Assembly: GCA_052441165.1 (NCBI GenBank)
Contig: JBQVQW010000014.1
Span: 799-64,798 of the forward strand
Reading direction: 5' to 3'
Source of the DNA: Caulobacteraceae bacterium
GTDB lineage: Bacteria; Pseudomonadota; Alphaproteobacteria; Caulobacterales; Caulobacteraceae
Length of the DNA stretch: 64,000 nucleotides
Each line of letters starts with the position of its first letter. The first letter of the stretch is position 1. The notes beneath the pieces were generated by a model. It was given only the letters and a program-made list of their open reading frames with translations. It was not told the origin of the DNA and made no database searches. Below are positions 39,164 to 49,164 of the stretch, one piece after another. Both the position numbers and the translations under genes were made by a program.

Positions 39164-40426
39164 CTACTCAGGCGCGCCGTCCCCGGGGAGGGCCGCCAAA
39201 GACGGACGCTCGCCGCGCTTGCTGGCCGCCACGGCCTCGACCGATCGCATGACGCGCAGGACGTTCTCGCCCGCCAGCTTGCGGATGTCCGCCTCGGTCC
39301 AGCCATTGGCCATCAGGGCGGCGAGGATGCGGGGATAGGCGTCCACGCCGTCGACATCGTCCGGCAGGGCGTTCACCCCGTCGAAGTCGCCGCCGAGGCC
39401 GACGTGGTCGATCCCGGCCACGTCGCGGACGTGCTGGATGTGAGCGACGACATCGGCGATGCCGGCCCGCGGGGTCGGGTTGGCGGCGCCCCAGGCGGCC
39501 AGACCATCGGTCACCGCCTGCGGGTTGCCGGGATGCAGCGACTTCAGGCGGGCGTCCTCGGCGGCCCGGGCAGCGCTCCAGGCGCGGACCGCCTCGCTGA
39601 CGAAGCCGGGAACGAAAGTGACCATCACCACCCCGCCGTCCTCCGGCATCATGCGCAACACCGCGTCCGGCACATTGCGCGGATGATCCGTCACGCCCCG
39701 CGCAGAGGAGTGGGAAAAGAGCACCGGAGCGTCCGAAACCCGCATGGCGTCCAGCATCGTCTCTTCCGAGACGTGGCTCAGGTCGACCATCATCCCGAGG
39801 CGGTTCATCTCCTTGACCACCTGCTCTCCGAACGGCGACAGCCCGCCCCACTTCGGCGCATCCGTCGCGCTGTCGGCCCAGGTGGTGGTGCGCGAGTGCG
39901 TCAGGGTCATGTAGCGGACGCCCGCCTCGTGGAACTCGCGCAGCAGGCCCAGAGAGTCATCGATCGAATAGCCGCCCTCGATGCCCATCAGACTGGCGAT
40001 CCGGCCGCGGCGGTGGATGCGGGCGATGTCATCGGCCGTCGTGGCCAGCTCGAATGTCTCCGGATAGGCGGCGACCATCCGGCGGACGATGTCGATCTGC
40101 TCCCAGGTCGCGACCGCCGCATCCGGCGGCGACAGGCTGGCGGGCACATAGACCGACCAGAACTGGCCGCCGACACCTCCGGCCCGCAGACGCGGGATGT
40201 CGGTGTGAAGCCGGGTCGAGGTCTTGAGGTTGGTCTCAAGGTCCACCGCGAACGGATCGCGGGCATGGTTCTCGCGCAGGGCCCACGGCAGGTCGTTATG
40301 GCCGTCGATCAGGGGCGTGCGCTCGAGAATGCGGCGCGCCCTCGCCTCTCCGTCCGTGCTCTGGGCTGCAGCAGCGCCTGCAGTCAGGGCGGCGGCGACG
40401 GCGGACAGGACGATGGCTCGGATCAT
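39164..40426 (-). CDS. Membrane/renal-type dipeptidase (M19)
   Basis: Signal peptide, DGHNDLP, GIEGG, YMTLTH, MVDLSH, FSHSS, GGDFDG, GENVLRV. Confidence 0.92.
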   Translation of the reverse strand: MIRAIVLSAVAAALTAGAAAAQSTDGEARARRILERTPLIDGHNDLPWALRENHARDPFAVDLETNLKTSTRLHTDIPRLRAGGVGGQFWSVYVPASLSPPDAAVATWEQIDIVRRMVAAYPETFELATTADDIARIHRRGRIASLMGIEGGYSIDDSLGLLREFHEAGVRYMTLTHSRTTTWADSATDAPKWGGLSPFGEQVVKEMNRLGMMVDLSHVSEETMLDAMRVSDAPVLFSHSSARGVTDHPRNVPDAVLRMMPEDGGVVMVTFVPGFVSEAVRAWSAARAAEDARLKSLHPGNPQAVTDGLAAWGAANPTPRAGIADVVAHIQHVRDVAGIDHVGLGGDFDGVNALPDDVDGVDAYPRILAALMANGWTEADIRKLAGENVLRVMRSVEAVAASKRGERPSLAALPGDGAPE

Positions 40427-40547
40427 GACGGCTCCCCTCGGTTCGGCACGAACACTGGCACGCGCAGGCGGGGGGTCAAGGACCACCCTGTCCCCCTGGA
40501 CCGTTCGTCGGCTTCTCGCGACCCGACGGACGCGGTAGGAGCAGGCC

Positions 40548-41423
40548 ATGACCGTCGAGACCGATCCCCTCGCCCCGAAGAAGCAGCAGGCCCGCGCCTG
40601 GTTCGAGGAACTGCGCGACCGCATCCACGCCGGCTTCGAGGCACTCGAGGACGAGGCCCCGGACGGGCTGTTCCCCGGCGAGGCTGGCCGCTTCGTGCGT
40701 ACCCCGTGGGATCGCAAGGAGGGCGGCGGCGGCGTCATGGGGATGATGCATGGCCGGCTGTTCGAGAAGGTCGGTGTTCATGTCTCGACCGTCCACGGCA
40801 GCTTTCCTGCCGACTACGCCAGGAATGTCCCGGGCGCCGAGGAGGACCCGCGCTTCTTCGCCACCGGCATCAGCCTGATCTGCCATCCGGTCAGCCCGCG
40901 CGTCCCGGCGGTGCACATGAACACCCGCTTCATCGCCACCACGAAAAGCTGGTTCGGCGGCGGCGGCGACCTGACCCCCGTTCTCGACGCGGACCGCCGG
41001 GATGATCACCCGGACACACTGGCCTTCCATGCCGCCATGAAGGCCGCATGCGACGCCTTCGATCCGTCATGGCACGCGAAATACAAGGCGTGGTGCGACG
41101 AGTATTTCTTCCTGCCGCACCGGAACGAGCCGCGCGGCACCGGCGGCATCTTCTACGATCACCATGACAGCGGCGACTGGGACCGCGACTTCGCCTTCAC
41201 GCGCAGCGTCGGCGAGGCTTTCCTGGAGGTCTATTCCTCCATAGTCCGGGACCGGATGGGTGAAAGCTGGACGCCCGAAGAACGCGAGGAGCAGCTGGTC
41301 CGTCGCGGCCGCTACGTCGAGTTCAACCTGCTGTACGACCGCGGGACGATGTTCGGCCTGAAAACCGGCGGCAACGTGGACTCGATCCTCAGTTCAATGC
41401 CGCCTGTGGTCCGGTGGCCCTGA
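40548..41423 (+). CDS. hemF: Oxygen-dependent coproporphyrinogen-III oxidase
   Basis: [40 protein letters not shown]. Confidence 0.96.
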   Translation: MTVETDPLAPKKQQARAWFEELRDRIHAGFEALEDEAPDGLFPGEAGRFVRTPWDRKEGGGGVMGMMHGRLFEKVGVHVSTVHGSFPADYARNVPGAEEDPRFFATGISLICHPVSPRVPAVHMNTRFIATTKSWFGGGGDLTPVLDADRRDDHPDTLAFHAAMKAACDAFDPSWHAKYKAWCDEYFFLPHRNEPRGTGGIFYDHHDSGDWDRDFAFTRSVGEAFLEVYSSIVRDRMGESWTPEEREEQLVRRGRYVEFNLLYDRGTMFGLKTGGNVDSILSSMPPVVRWP

Positions 41424-41427
41424 AGTC

Positions 41428-43923
41428 TCAGGCCGCCTGATCCACCCTGGCTGTCGGCTCCAGCGCGGCGCCGATGGCGTCGAACAGGGCCTGCAGGGTG
41501 ATCGGTTTGGTCAGGTGACCGTCCGCGCCGGCCATACGTCCGGCCTCGACGTGTTCCGCCATGGCGTTGGCGGTCAGCATCAGCACCGGAGTGCGGGTGA
41601 GTCCCCGCGCCTGCTCCAGCGCACGAATCTCCCGCGTGGCGGTCAGCCCGTCCATGACCGGCATCTGCATGTCCATCAGGACCAGGTCGAAGCCCCCGCC
41701 GGCGAAGGCGTCCAGCGCCTGTCGGCCGTCCTCGACCATGACCAGCTCCATCGGCGTCGCCGCCAGCATGATCTCGACCACCTTCCGGTTCGCCGGATGA
41801 TCGTCGGCCAGCAGGATGCGCAGGGGCGCTTCGCCGACCTCGACCGAGGTTTCCGCCTCCGGCTGGATCGCCATCGGGGTTTCAGCTCTGGGGAGCGGAA
41901 TCTCGAACCAGAAGCTGGACCCCTCGCCCGGCGTGCTCTCGCACTCGAGTTCACCGCCCATCAGCTCCACCAGCGCGCTCGATATAGCCAGGCCCAGACC
42001 CGTGCCGCCGTATCGGCGCGTGATCGAACCGTCGGCTTGCTGGAAACGGTGGAAGATTCGCGCCTTCTGATCGCCGTCGAAGCCCACACCGGTGTCTGTC
42101 ACGCGGAAGGCGACACGGTCATCGCCCGCCGAGCGCACGCTGATCGCGACGGTGCCCTCGGCCGTAAATTTCAGGGCATTGCTGACGAGGTTGGTCAGGA
42201 CCTGTCGCAGCCGCACCGCATCGCCCTGAACGAACTTGGGCAGTTCGCCGTCGAAATCGAACGTCAGGGAGACGCCCTTGTCCTCCGCCTTGGCGCGCCA
42301 GAGCAGGGCGACGTCTCCAACGCCATGTTTGAGGTCAAGGACCGTCGGCTCGATCGTCACCTGGCCGGACTCGATCTTGGCGCTGTCCAGGATGTCGGAC
42401 AGCAGGCGCTCAAGGGTCTCGCCGGACGAACAGATCAACTCGACCATCTCCCGCTCCTGCGGGTCCAGATCGCGGCGGGCGAGCGCGTCGGCCATGGAAA
42501 CCACGCCGTTCAGCGGAGTCCGGATCTCATGGCTCATGTTGGCGAGAAACTCGCTCTTGGCGCGGTTGGCGTCCTCAGCGCGGCGACGGGCGATGCGAAG
42601 CTGGCCCGCCTGGCGCCACTGCCAGATCATCACGCCGATGGCGGACGACAGGAAGACGATGGCGATCGCCAGCACCAGTTGCTGGAGATGGGTGTTGGAG
42701 CGCGCGGTCTCCAGCTGCTCGCGCCGTTCGGCCAGCTGCTGCTGCATGTTGCCGGTCACCTGATGGATACCCGAGCTGAAGCTCAGGGCGGCCGCAGTCT
42801 CGCTGCTCTGCATGTGGGACCGAAGGAGCCGGTACCCCTCTGCAGTCCTCCCCTCGGCGAACAGAACCTCTGCCTCGACATGAGCCACATCGGAGCCGAC
42901 CCCGGTGTCGGTCGCGATGGCGCGCAGCTTGTTCAGGTCCCGGCGCGCACCCGCCGCGTCGCCGGTCTGGGCGCGCGCGATGGCCCGGAGCGGCAGGGCG
43001 TCAAGGGACAGAAAGGCTGCCTCGCCAAGATCCTCGCCGTAGGGAGCGAGGCAGGTGAGCACGGCGCGAGGCGCGCTGCGCGCATTCGCCACCATCGCAC
43101 AAAGGCTGGCGTCGTAGATCCGCAGCGTCGGCAGATCCGCCCGGACGGCGAGGCGGTGATGGGCAGCGGCGAAACGCGCCGCGCGATCCAGATCGCCGAC
43201 CTTCGCGGCCATTCTGGTCAGGTTGTACAGGCTGTCGAAATCCGGGCGCGGATAGGCCGGGTTCGAATACTCGACCTCGAACTTGCGGAAGGCGGCAGCA
43301 GCGCCCTCCACGTCGTTCAGGTCCTTCAGACCCATGCCGACGACTTCCCAGATGCCGGCCTGCGCGGTGTGGGCGAATGGGTCATCGACCGGGATATCGG
43401 CCTGGGCCTCGGTCAAACGTTCGAGCCCTTCTCCCACCCTGCCCGCGTCCATCAGGCTCAGGGCCGTGAGCCGGGTGGCGTGGGCGCGCACGAACCAGTC
43501 GCGACCGCTTCGGGCCATGCGGTCCATTTCGGCGGCGACGCCCGCCTCGCCCCGGTCATACCGGATGGTCAGGGCATTCAGGTGCGCGATATCGACGTAG
43601 CGGTGGTCGCCCAGCCGACGGGCAGCTGTCTCAAGACGCTGGTTCCAGACCTCCGCCTGCTCGAACTCGCCCTGATTCAGAATGGTCCAGGTGACGTGGT
43701 ACAGGCGGTTCAGGCCTTCGCGGTCCCGGCGGGTCATCGCCTCTCGTCCAAACGAGTCGAGAGCGGCGAAGCTGGTGTGACCGGCGCGCCGCTCGACGAA
43801 GCGCGCCAGGCTGTCGGCCTCGCCGTCGCGCGCGTCAATGCGCGGCTGCGCAGCGGCCAGAGGCGTCCACGCGAGCAGCGCAAGAACGGCGAAAACCGCC
43901 AGGACGAAACGGCTGAAAATCAT
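41428..43923 (-). CDS. Membrane-bound hybrid sensor histidine kinase/receiver
   Basis: H-box FLANMSHEIRTPLNG, N-box NLVSNALKFT, DTGVG, GGTGLGL; receiver with LMDMQMP and LTKP; large helical periplasmic N-terminus. Confidence 0.95.
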   Translation of the reverse strand: MIFSRFVLAVFAVLALLAWTPLAAAQPRIDARDGEADSLARFVERRAGHTSFAALDSFGREAMTRRDREGLNRLYHVTWTILNQGEFEQAEVWNQRLETAARRLGDHRYVDIAHLNALTIRYDRGEAGVAAEMDRMARSGRDWFVRAHATRLTALSLMDAGRVGEGLERLTEAQADIPVDDPFAHTAQAGIWEVVGMGLKDLNDVEGAAAAFRKFEVEYSNPAYPRPDFDSLYNLTRMAAKVGDLDRAARFAAAHHRLAVRADLPTLRIYDASLCAMVANARSAPRAVLTCLAPYGEDLGEAAFLSLDALPLRAIARAQTGDAAGARRDLNKLRAIATDTGVGSDVAHVEAEVLFAEGRTAEGYRLLRSHMQSSETAAALSFSSGIHQVTGNMQQQLAERREQLETARSNTHLQQLVLAIAIVFLSSAIGVMIWQWRQAGQLRIARRRAEDANRAKSEFLANMSHEIRTPLNGVVSMADALARRDLDPQEREMVELICSSGETLERLLSDILDSAKIESGQVTIEPTVLDLKHGVGDVALLWRAKAEDKGVSLTFDFDGELPKFVQGDAVRLRQVLTNLVSNALKFTAEGTVAISVRSAGDDRVAFRVTDTGVGFDGDQKARIFHRFQQADGSITRRYGGTGLGLAISSALVELMGGELECESTPGEGSSFWFEIPLPRAETPMAIQPEAETSVEVGEAPLRILLADDHPANRKVVEIMLAATPMELVMVEDGRQALDAFAGGGFDLVLMDMQMPVMDGLTATREIRALEQARGLTRTPVLMLTANAMAEHVEAGRMAGADGHLTKPITLQALFDAIGAALEPTARVDQAA

Positions 43924-44009
43924 ACGGAACCCGACGTGTGCATTTCATCACTACACGCCAGAAGTTGCACAAGACTTAGCAATGCGTTCGGGTCGCATCA
44001 GCCTGATTT

Positions 44010-44699
44010 CTAAGCGGATATGAAGTTTCTGATCCACTGCGCGACAATCCCGCGATCATCAGGCTGTTTCAGACTTTCGAGCGCCCGATCCACAACTCCG
44101 TCGTCGATCCGCCCCCGGCGTCCGGCGGTCAGGTCGGCAGCGTACTCCGGGCTGAACTCGGGATGGCACTGGAAACTGATCGCATCATCGCCCCAGGCGA
44201 GCGCGCCCGCGGGTGTGAAGGCGCTGTTCGCGAGAACGCGGGCTCCAGGGGGCGTGCCGACGACCTGGTCCTGATGCGAAACCGGTATCGATATCGTTCT
44301 GACGACCGGTTGCATCCACCGTTCGACAGATTGCACCTGATACTCGTGCAGTCCGACCCCCCACCCTTTTTCCGACTTTTCAACGAGTCCGCCGAGCGCC
44401 TGCGCCATCGCCTGATGCCCGAAGCAGATGCCCACGAGCTTCAGCCTTCCCTTCGCCGTCCTGATCCAGTCCAGCAGGTCGCTGATCCACGGATCACCCT
44501 CGTAGACGCCTGCCGCCGAGCCGGTGATCACGGCGGCGTCGAAGGCGTCCGGTTCGGGCCACTCCCCCGCCTGCACATCGAAGGTCGTCGCCTCGCTCCC
44601 GTCGCCGAGGATGGCCCGGAACATGGCGGGATAGTCGCCGTAGCGAGCTTCCAGAGCGGGCGGCGGCGCGCCGGTCTTCAGAATGGCGACGTGGGTCAT
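44010..44699 (-). CDS. Class I glutamine amidotransferase-like protein
   Basis: ITGS, GICFGHQ, HQD, FQCHPEF (Cys-His-Glu triad). Confidence 0.9.
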   Translation of the reverse strand: MTHVAILKTGAPPPALEARYGDYPAMFRAILGDGSEATTFDVQAGEWPEPDAFDAAVITGSAAGVYEGDPWISDLLDWIRTAKGRLKLVGICFGHQAMAQALGGLVEKSEKGWGVGLHEYQVQSVERWMQPVVRTISIPVSHQDQVVGTPPGARVLANSAFTPAGALAWGDDAISFQCHPEFSPEYAADLTAGRRGRIDDGVVDRALESLKQPDDRGIVAQWIRNFISA

Positions 44700-44770
44700 C
44701 TTGTCTCCTTCGCTGCCGATATGACGCTCCGCGCAAGACAACGGAAGGTCATTGGGCTAGACCCCGCGCC

Positions 44771-45076
44771 ATGTCCGACGACGCCGATCCCGTGGTCCTG
44801 ATCAACGTCTATCGCTGCGAGCCGGAGCGACAGGCGACGCTGATGGATCATCTGACCGCCATGGTGCGGGCCCAGCGCGAGCTGGACGGCTTCATTTCCG
44901 CCAACGTCCACCGGGGCCTGAATGGCCGGGTCGCCGCCGTCCACGCCGTGTGGCGTTCGAAGGAGGAGTGGAAGGCCATGGCGCGCCACCCTTTGGTCGC
45001 CGGAGCGATGGAGCCGATCCTGGCCATCGCCACCTTCGAGCCGCACCTCTACGACCCCGGCGAAGTGATCGACTAG
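44771..45076 (+). CDS. Antibiotic biosynthesis monooxygenase (ABM) family protein
   Basis: VVLINVY, GFISANVHRG, AVWRSKEEW pattern; about 100 aa. Confidence 0.75.
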   Translation: MSDDADPVVLINVYRCEPERQATLMDHLTAMVRAQRELDGFISANVHRGLNGRVAAVHAVWRSKEEWKAMARHPLVAGAMEPILAIATFEPHLYDPGEVID

Positions 45077-45891
45077 GCTGTCCAGACCTCGGCCTTCGCG
45101 CCGGCGTCGCCCAAGGTTTCCGCCACCCAGCCGCAGATCTCGCGCGCAGCCGCCTCTGCCCCTGCAGGCGGCTGCAGCACGACCATCGCGCAGCCGTTCA
45201 TCTTCATCGGATTGGTCAGCGGCCGCAGACGAGCCTCGGCGACGAGGACATTCTGCGCGCCCGACTGCTGCAGGCGACGCAGGAAGCCGTCGAAGGTCTC
45301 CATATCCTTCAGCGGGGTCCAGATTGCGACCATTGCGCGCGGATCAGCCTTCACGATCGCCGCAGCGGTGTCGGCGGCGCGCAGATAATCATCCGGCTTC
45401 TCGAAGGGCGGATCGATCAGCACGAAGGCGCCCGGCGCCCGGGCCGCCTCGGCCTTCGCCTGGTCGTAACCATCGCCGCCCCGGCCCGAGGCCCGGGCGA
45501 AGGGCTGCAGCGCCCCGGTCAGCAGGTCCAGCACCGGCGGGTTCAGCTCGAAACCGATGTAGTGGTCGTCCCTGCGCAACCGCCCGGCAACCAGCAGCGG
45601 CGAGCCCGGATAGAGGGTCACGCCGCCGTGGGGGTTCAGGGTGACGACTTCCCTCGCCAGCGCCTCGACGAGGGGAGGGCGGACTTCGGCGGCCATCAGG
45701 CGAGCGATGCCGGCCTCGGCCTCCTTCGAGCGCGCCGCATCGCCAGTCAGATCATAGACCCCGGCCCCGGCATGGGTGTCGATCACGGTCACAGGACCTG
45801 AGGCCTGACGCCGTTCAAGCAGCCAGAGCACGAGGGCGTGCTTGACCAGATCGGCGAAATTTCCGGCGTGGAAGCTGTGGCGATAGTTCAT
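45073..45891 (-). CDS. rlmJ: 23S rRNA A2030 N6-methyltransferase
   Basis: MNYRHSFHAGNFADLVKH, DTHAGAG.Y, YPGSP, IDPPFE. Confidence 0.95.
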   Translation of the reverse strand: MNYRHSFHAGNFADLVKHALVLWLLERRQASGPVTVIDTHAGAGVYDLTGDAARSKEAEAGIARLMAAEVRPPLVEALAREVVTLNPHGGVTLYPGSPLLVAGRLRRDDHYIGFELNPPVLDLLTGALQPFARASGRGGDGYDQAKAEAARAPGAFVLIDPPFEKPDDYLRAADTAAAIVKADPRAMVAIWTPLKDMETFDGFLRRLQQSGAQNVLVAEARLRPLTNPMKMNGCAMVVLQPPAGAEAAAREICGWVAETLGDAGAKAEVWTA

Positions 45892-45927
45892 CCGCCTGCC
45901 TCCCCCTCCACGCGCCGGCGGTCAAGA

Positions 45928-45953
45928 GGAACCGGCGACGGATGACGAGTGTT
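45928..45953 (+). promoter_or_regulatory. Putative sigmaT/EcfG (general stress) promoter for TopIB
   Basis: GGAAC-N17-TGTT versus consensus GGAAC-N16/17-CGTT, about 27 nt before the ATG. Confidence 0.45.
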
Positions 45954-45979
45954 GGCCCTCCGCGCTGTGCAGGACGACC

Positions 45980-46975
45980 ATGACTTCCACCGATATCGTG
46001 CCCGAGGGGCTGACATATTGCAGCGACGAGTCGCCGGGCCTGACCCGCACGGCTTCGGGGAATGGCTTCACCTACCACGACCGCAAGGGCGACGTGATCC
46101 GGGATGAGAAGGTGCTGGAGCGGATCCGGATTTTGGCGATCCCGCCTGCCTGGACCGACGTCTGGATCTGCCCGCGCGCGACTGGCCACATCCAGGCGAC
46201 GGGCCGGGATGCGAAAGGCCGCAAGCAGTACCGCTATCACGCCGACTGGAGCCGCCATGCCGCGGAGACCAAATTCGAGCGCCTGCCCGCTTTTGCAAAG
46301 GGACTGCCGAAACTGCGCAAGCAGATTGATGCCGACCTGGGAAAACGCGGAGCGAGCCGGGACAAGGTGCTGGCCACCGCCGTGCGCCTGCTGGAGGTCA
46401 CCCTGATCCGCGTCGGCAACGCTCAGTATGCGCGACAGAACCGCTCCTATGGCCTGACCACGCTGAACAAGCGGCATCTGGACGTCGACGGAACCGCCCT
46501 GACCTTCGCCTTCAGGGGCAAGAGCGGTGTCGAGCACGAGGTACGCGTCCGCGACCGCCGGCTGGCGACGGTGATCCGGTCGCTCCGGGAACTGCCGGGG
46601 CAGCAATTGTTCAAATATCGCAACGCCGACGGCGACCTGTGCGCGATCAGCTCGGACGATGTGAACGCCTACATTCGCGAGGCCATGGGCGAGGATTTCT
46701 CTGCGAAGGATTTCCGCACCTGGGCCGGTACGGTCTCGGCGGCTCGGGCGCTGCGGGAGACCGGGCCGCCGACCTCTGCCACGGACGCGAAGCGGAAGAT
46801 CACAGTCTGCGTGAAGGCGGTGGCGGGGCTGTTGGGAAACACGCCGACCGTCTGCCGGTCCTCCTATGTCCACCCCAAGGTGTTCGAGCTCTACGAAAGC
46901 GGCGTTCTGGCCGCCGACTTCCCGGGTGCTGACGCCGCCCGGTTCGAGCCGACCCTGATCAGGGCGCTGACCTGA
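45980..46975 (+). CDS. DNA topoisomerase IB (bacterial, poxvirus-like)
   Basis: PPAWTDVWI, GRKQYRY, IRVGN (Arg), FRGKSG (Lys), KDFRTW (Arg), LGNTPTVCRSSYVHP (Asn and catalytic Tyr). Confidence 0.93.
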   Translation: MTSTDIVPEGLTYCSDESPGLTRTASGNGFTYHDRKGDVIRDEKVLERIRILAIPPAWTDVWICPRATGHIQATGRDAKGRKQYRYHADWSRHAAETKFERLPAFAKGLPKLRKQIDADLGKRGASRDKVLATAVRLLEVTLIRVGNAQYARQNRSYGLTTLNKRHLDVDGTALTFAFRGKSGVEHEVRVRDRRLATVIRSLRELPGQQLFKYRNADGDLCAISSDDVNAYIREAMGEDFSAKDFRTWAGTVSAARALRETGPPTSATDAKRKITVCVKAVAGLLGNTPTVCRSSYVHPKVFELYESGVLAADFPGADAARFEPTLIRALT

Positions 46976-46976
46976 C

Positions 46977-47435
46977 TCACGCCGTCATCCAGTAGCCTTT
47001 TGCGCGCGCGCTGACGGGCGCCCGGCGCTCCTTGACCCGTTCCAGGATGAGATCGCGGAACCGGTCCGCCTCCGCCTCGCCGCGCAGCAGGCGCAGTGAC
47101 CGGATGATGCGGGTGATCCGCAGATGGTTGTGATCAGCCGGACCCATCCAGTGATTGGTCCGGCTGTAGAACGCCATCATGCGGTCGGCTGCGGCCGACA
47201 GCGCGACCATGGCCATGCTTGACCCCTGAATTGCCTCGACGTCCGCAGCTGCAAGCACCGGAGCATCCGGCACGGACTGCGAGGCCTCCATCAGGGGGAA
47301 CAGCCACTGAATATAGTCGTGGGTGCGCTCCAGCGCGTCATCGCTGAAGCCCAGAACCTCGAACAACGTCCGACCCCGCGCGTCTGCTCCCACGCCTTGC
47401 AGAAAGGCGAGGACCGCTTCCCCCGATGCCCCCAT
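46977..47435 (-). CDS. Opioid growth factor receptor (OGFr_N)-like protein
   Basis: LERTHDYIQWLFP and NHLRITRIIRSL motifs. Confidence 0.8.
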   Translation of the reverse strand: MGASGEAVLAFLQGVGADARGRTLFEVLGFSDDALERTHDYIQWLFPLMEASQSVPDAPVLAAADVEAIQGSSMAMVALSAAADRMMAFYSRTNHWMGPADHNHLRITRIIRSLRLLRGEAEADRFRDLILERVKERRAPVSARAKGYWMTA

Positions 47436-47448
47436 CAGCGTCTTCCTG

Positions 47449-48501
47449 TCAGGCCGCCTTGTCCCAGTTGAGCACGACCTTGCCCGACTGGCCCGAACGC
47501 ATGGCCTCGAAGCCTTCGCGGTACTGTTCGTAGCCCATCTGGTGCGTGATCAGCGGCTGAAGGTCGAGACCGGCCTTCAGCAGGCCCAGCATCTTGCGCC
47601 AGGTGGTGAACATCTCACGGCCGTAGACGCCCTTGATGGTCAGGGCCTTGAGAATGATCTGGCCCCAGTCGGTTTCCATCGGCCTGGAAGGAATACCCAG
47701 CAGGGCCATGCCGCCGCCCATGATCAGGGTGTCGACGCACTGCTTGAAGGCGATCGGCGAGCCGGACATTTCCAGCGCCACGTCGAAGCCGACCTTCAGG
47801 CCGAGTTCGTGCATGACGTCGCGCAGGTCTTCCTTCGTGGTGTTTACCGTGCGGACGCCCGGAGCGACCTTCTGGGCCAACTCCAGACGGAAATCATTGA
47901 TGTCGGTCAGGACCACCGTTCGCGCGCCCGCATGACGGGCGACGGCCGCGGCCATCATGCCGATCGGACCGGCGCCGGTGACCAGGACGTCCTCGCCCAG
48001 CAGGTCGAACTGCTGCGCCGTGTGCACCGCATTGCCGAACGGATCGAGGATCGAGCCGATCTCGTAGGGCACGTCGTCAGGCAACTCGATGACGTTGAAG
48101 GCGGGGGCCACGACATACTCGGCGAACGCGCCCTGGCGGTTCACGCCGATGCCGCGGGTGTCGGGATCGAGATGGAAATGACCGGCGCGGGCCGCTTCCG
48201 AGTTCAGGTCGATGACATGCCCCTCGGCCGAGACGCGCTGGCCGACCTTCAGGCGGCGATCCACGTCCTTGCCGATGGCGACGATCTCGCCCGAAAACTC
48301 GTGACCGGTGATCATTGGCACCGGAACGTTCTTCTGGCTCCACTCGTCCCAGTTCCAGATGTGGATGTCGGTGCCGCAAACGGCGGTGCGCTTGACCTTG
48401 ATCAGCACGTCCTCGTCGCCGGGCGTCGGGATCGGGGCGTCGATCAGTTCGAGGCCGACCTCGGGTTTTGTCTTTGCGAGGGCCTTCATCGTGTCGGTCA
48501 T
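47449..48501 (-). CDS. tdh: L-threonine 3-dehydrogenase
   Basis: VCGTDIHI, GHEFSG, GAGPIG, IYG-like VYGREMF.TW.KM, SGKVVLNW. Confidence 0.93.
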   Translation of the reverse strand: MTDTMKALAKTKPEVGLELIDAPIPTPGDEDVLIKVKRTAVCGTDIHIWNWDEWSQKNVPVPMITGHEFSGEIVAIGKDVDRRLKVGQRVSAEGHVIDLNSEAARAGHFHLDPDTRGIGVNRQGAFAEYVVAPAFNVIELPDDVPYEIGSILDPFGNAVHTAQQFDLLGEDVLVTGAGPIGMMAAAVARHAGARTVVLTDINDFRLELAQKVAPGVRTVNTTKEDLRDVMHELGLKVGFDVALEMSGSPIAFKQCVDTLIMGGGMALLGIPSRPMETDWGQIILKALTIKGVYGREMFTTWRKMLGLLKAGLDLQPLITHQMGYEQYREGFEAMRSGQSGKVVLNWDKAA

Positions 48502-48624
48502 CGTTTCGCTCCATCCGGTCCGACCTGCCGTCGGTTCCGCCGCGCACGGCATAACCTACTGGCGCCAGAGCTCAAGCGGGACTTTGCGCGTGAACCTGCA
48601 CCGGCCCTGAGGGTTCTTCCAGCC

Positions 48625-49164
48625 ATGACACGGTCGACACGGTATCCACTGTTTCTCTCCGCCACCGCTCTCCTCGCCTGCGCGCTGACGGCGTGTGGCG
48701 ACGGTGGTCGCGATGCGGCCGCGCCCGCGCGTTCAACGGATCAGGACGCGCCGCCTGCCGCCGGGCCCATCGAGGCAGCGCGGGCGACAACACCTCGTCC
48801 CGCCCCGACTTCAGGGCCGACAGGGCCGCTTCCCCTGATCCCGGGGGTATATGTGTCCCGTGGCGAGGACTGCGCCAGACCGGCGAACGCCGGGTTCCGC
48901 ATCTATAACGGCCGCGGCATCTCCGGGTCCGCCACGAGGGGATGTGAGGCGACGGTCGTCTCGCAGGACGGGCCTAACTACCGGATCGAGCAGTCCTGCG
49001 TCGACACCTACAGCGGCGAACGGACGACCACCGGGGGAGCGGTCGAGGTGAGCACCCCCCGCGCCTTCACACTGACCGGATCGGAAGGCGGCGCAGCGAC
49101 CTACAGCCTGTGCCCGGCCGACGCCCCGCCGTCCTACCTCCGGGACCTGGTTACAGCGGAGTGA
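48625..49164 (+). CDS. Hypothetical lipoprotein
   Basis: Lipobox ALTA-C after a hydrophobic stretch, Pro/Ala linker, four-Cys globular domain. It is the 3' part of ORF 47323-49164. Confidence 0.8.
   Translation: MTRSTRYPLFLSATALLACALTACGDGGRDAAAPARSTDQDAPPAAGPIEAARATTPRPAPTSGPTGPLPLIPGVYVSRGEDCARPANAGFRIYNGRGISGSATRGCEATVVSQDGPNYRIEQSCVDTYSGERTTTGGAVEVSTPRAFTLTGSEGGAATYSLCPADAPPSYLRDLVTAE

Noticed and set aside
41515-44013. 832-aa plus-strand ORF, and similar long antisense ORFs (e.g. 8818-10314, 23155-24792, 34009-35682, 38903-41005, 53321-54835)
   Set aside because: They are shadows of well-supported genes on the opposite strand. High GC3 suppresses antisense stops, and they carry no recognisable motifs.
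45980-46975. Phage integrase or prophage remnant
   Set aside because: Motifs match TopIB rather than a tyrosine recombinase, and there are no phage genes or att sites.
47323-48624. N-terminal 434 aa of the 613-aa ORF
   Set aside because: Antisense to tdh. Only the lipoprotein from ATG 48625 is credible.
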